A DNA stretch of 64,000 nucleotides from Auanema rhodensis (Eukaryota; Animalia; Nematoda): positions 11,098,001-11,162,000 of the forward strand of contig OZ059897.1 of assembly GCA_964057225.1 (NCBI GenBank), given 5' to 3'. The notes beneath the pieces are model-generated. The model was not told the origin of the DNA and did not search any database. It was given only the letters and a program-made list of their open reading frames with translations. Both the position numbers and the translations under genes were made by a program. The first letter of the stretch is position 1. The number at the start of each line of letters is the position of its first letter. Below, piece by piece: positions 60,501 to 64,000 of the stretch.

Positions 60501-63500
60501 CGGCGATAGGCTAGGACAGTTCATAACTTTCCTAAACATTCCGTTGAATTACCCGAATTAGAGATAGTATCTCAATCTAACCAAAGAACTTCTGAGTTGT
60601 AAATACATTTCGAAAAGAACACCAGTATTGTGCAACATTGAAAACTGTCTGTCTTAGTATGATTACATAACACTTTATATGCCTCAGTAAATGAATTTGA
60701 ATATAAATATGAAGCGTCTTTTATATTATACTTTAACCTGATATAGCTTTGTATAGGTTTGTATACTGATCACTTCTACGCCGATAGGCTAGAACAGTTC
60801 ATAACTTTCCTAAATAGATTCCGTTGAATCACCCGAGTTAGAGGTAGTATCTCAAACTAAGCAAAGAATTTCTGAGTTGTATATACATTTTGAAAAGAAC
60901 ACCACGATTGTGCAATCTTGAAAACTGTCTGTCTTAGTATAATTTCATAACTCTATATATGAATAAGTAAAATGAATTTGAATATAATAATGAAGCGTCT
61001 TTTATTTTATACTTTAACCTGATATAGCTTTGTATAGGTTTGTATACTGATCACTTATACGCCGATAGGCTAGAACAGTTCATAACTTTCCTAAATAGAT
61101 TCCGTTGAATCACCCGAGTTAGAGGTAGTATCTCAAACTAAGCAAAGAATTTCTGAGTTATAAATACATTTTGAAAAGCACACCACGATTGTCCAACATT
61201 GAAAACTGTCTGTCTTAGTATAATTTCATAACTCTATATATGAATAAGTAAAATGAATTTGAATATAATAATGAAGCGTCTTTTATTTTATACTTTAACC
61301 TGATATAGCTTTGTATAGGTTTGTATACTGATCACTTATACGCCGATAGGCTAGAACAGTTCATAACTTTCCTAAATAGATTCCGTTGAATCACCCGAGT
61401 TAGAGGTAGTATCTCAAACTAAACAAAGAATTTCTGAGTTATGAATACATTTTGAAAAGCACACCACGATTGTCCAACATTGAAAACTGTCTGTCTTAGT
61501 ATGATTACATAACACTTTATATGCCTCAGTAAAATGAATTTGAATTTAAATATGAAGCATCTTTTATATTATACTTTAACCTGATATAGCTTTGTATAGG
61601 TTTGTACACTGATCACATATATGGCGATAGGCTAGAACAGTTCATAACTTTCCTAAATAGATTCTGTTGAATCACCCGAGTTAGAGGTAGTATCTCAAAC
61701 TAAACAAAGAATTTCTGAGTTATGAATACATTTTGAAAAGCACACCACGATTGTCCAACATTGAAAACTGTCTGTCTTAGTATGATTACATAACACTTTA
61801 TATGCCTCAGTAAAATGAATTTGAATTTAAATATGAAGCATCTTTTATATTATACTTTAACCTGATATAGCTTTGTATAGGTTTGTACACTGATCACATA
61901 TATGGCGATAGGCTAGAACAGTTCATAACTTTCCTAAATAGATTCTGTTGAATCACCCGAGTTAGAGGTAGTATCTCAGTTTAACCAGAGAATTTCTGAG
62001 TTGGAAATATATTTTAAAAACCACACCACGATTGTGCAATCTTGAAAACTGTCTGTCTTAGTATGATTACATAACACTTTATATGCCTCAGTAAAATGAA
62101 TTTGAATTTAAATATGAAGCGTCTTTCATATTATACTTTAACCTGATATAGCTTTGTATAGGTTTGTATACTGATCACATATATGGCGATAGGCTAGAAC
62201 AGTTCATAACTTTCCTAAATAGATTCTGTTGAATCACCCGAGTTAGAGGTAGTATCTCAGTTTAACCAGAGAATTTCTGAAATGTGAATACGTTTTGAAA
62301 ACCACACCACGATTGTGCAATCTTGAAAACTGTCTGTCTTAGTATGATTAAATAACACTTTATATGCCTCAGTAAAATGAACTTGAATATAAATATGAAG
62401 CATCTTTTATATTATACTTTAACCTGATATAGCTTTGTATAGGTTTGTACACTGATCACATATATGGCGATAGGCTAGAACAGTTCATAACTTTCCTAAA
62501 TAGATTCTGTTGAATCACCCGAGTTAGAGGTAGTATCTCAGTTTAACCAGAGAATTTCTGAGTTGGAAATATATTTTAAAAACCACACCACGATTGTGCA
62601 ATCTTGAAAACTGTCTGTCTTAGTATGATTACATAACACTTTATATGCCTCAGTAAAATGAATTTGAATTTAAATATGAAGCGTCTTTCATATTATACTT
62701 TAACCTGATATAGCTTTGTATAGGTTTGTATACTGATCACTTATACGGCGATAGGCTAGGACAGTTCATAACTTTCCTAAACATTCCGTTGAATTACCCG
62801 AATTAGAGGTAGTATCTCAGTTTAACCAGAGAATTTCTGACTTGGAAATATATTTTGAAAACCACACCACGATTGTCCAACATTGAAAACTGTCTGTTTT
62901 AGTATGATTTCATAACACTATATATGCCTAAATAAAATGAATTTGAATATAATAATGAAGCGTCTTTTATATTATACTTTAACCTGATATAGCTTTGTAT
63001 AGGTTTGTATACTGATCACTTATACGCCGATAGGCTAGAACAGTTCATAACTTTCCTAAATAGATTCCGTTGAATCACCCGAGTTAGAGGTAGTATCTCA
63101 ATCTAACCAAAGAACTTCTGAGTTGTATATACATTTTGAAAAGAACACCACGATTGTGCAATCTTGAAAACTGTCTGTCTTAGTATGATTACATAACACT
63201 TTATATGCCTCAGTAAATGAATTTGAATATAAATATGAAGCGTCTTTTATATTATACTTTAACCTGATATAGCTTTGTATAGGTTTGTATACTGATCACT
63301 TATACGCCGATAGGCTAGAACAGTTCATAACTTTCCTAAATAGATTCCGTTGAATCACCCGAGTTAGAGGTAGTATCTCAAACTAAACAAAGAATTTCTG
63401 AGTTATAAATACATTTTGAAAAGCACACCACGATTGTCCAACATTGAAAACTGTCTGTCTTAGTATAATTTCATAACTCTATATATGAATAAGTAAAATG

Positions 63501-64000
63501 AATTTGAATATAATAATGAAGCGTCTTTTATTTTATACTTTAACCTGATATAGATTTGTATAGGTTTGTATACTGATCACATATACGGCGGTAGGCTAGA
63601 ACAGTTCATAACTTTCCTAAAAAAGATTCTGTTGAATCACCCGAGTTAGAGGTAGTATCTCAGTTTAACCAGAGAATTTCTGACTTGGAAATATATCTTG
63701 AAAACCACACCACGATTGTGCAACATTGAAAACTGTCTGTCTTAGTATGATTACATAACACTTTATATGCCTCAGTAAAATGAATTTGAATTTAAATATG
63801 AAGCGTCTTTCATATTATACTTTAACCTGATATAGCTTTGTATAGGTTTGTATACTGATCACTTATACGGCGATAGGCTAGGACAGTTCATAACTTTCCT
63901 AAACATTCCGTTGAATTACCCGAATTAGAGATAGTATCTCAATCTAACCAAAGAACTTCTGAGTTGTAAATACATTTCGAAAAGAACACCACTATTGTGC
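39523..64000 (-). repeat. ~280-bp satellite array in the opposite orientation, ~87 monomers, runs off the window
   Basis: Reverse complement of the 32131-37520 monomer, with 280-bp periodicity throughout. Confidence 0.97.

Noticed and set aside
32131-64000. CRISPR array or coding repeats (ORFs 41283-41498, 55858-56052, 56138-56332)
   Set aside because: Head-to-tail 280-bp monomers without unique spacers; the ORFs are chance open frames in monomer variants

Overview
AT-rich eukaryotic DNA, most likely nematode. This is inferred from TTTCAG-type splice acceptors, a genomically encoded G-1 on tRNA-His, BEL/Pao elements with a phlebovirus-like env, and Tc3- and maT-like transposons; the species cannot be determined from this window. 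(1) 1-5773 is a 332-bp tandem array of tRNA-His(GTG) genes. It is interrupted by a young 4.2-kb non-autonomous LTR element (413-bp LTRs with TG..CG ends, ATGT TSD, tRNA-Gln PBS, orphan ORFs) and ends at a MULE/Mutator element that starts inside a tRNA copy. (2) About 9.3-32 kb is a nest of decayed elements: two BEL/Pao families with env, nested maT (DD37D) elements, a mariner HTH fragment, a Maverick/Polinton morphogenesis module with an adjacent spliced orphan gene, a Tc3-like element, and a small LTR element with an antisense zinc-knuckle ORF. (3) 32.1-64 kb is a ~280-bp satellite with higher-order repeats whose orientation switches around a 2-kb island. One BEL pol gene is split across that switch, which indicates a ~7-8 kb inversion with fold-back inverted duplications at both breakpoints. 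No intact conventional host protein gene is recognisable. All family assignments come from motif recognition by eye; no database searches were run.
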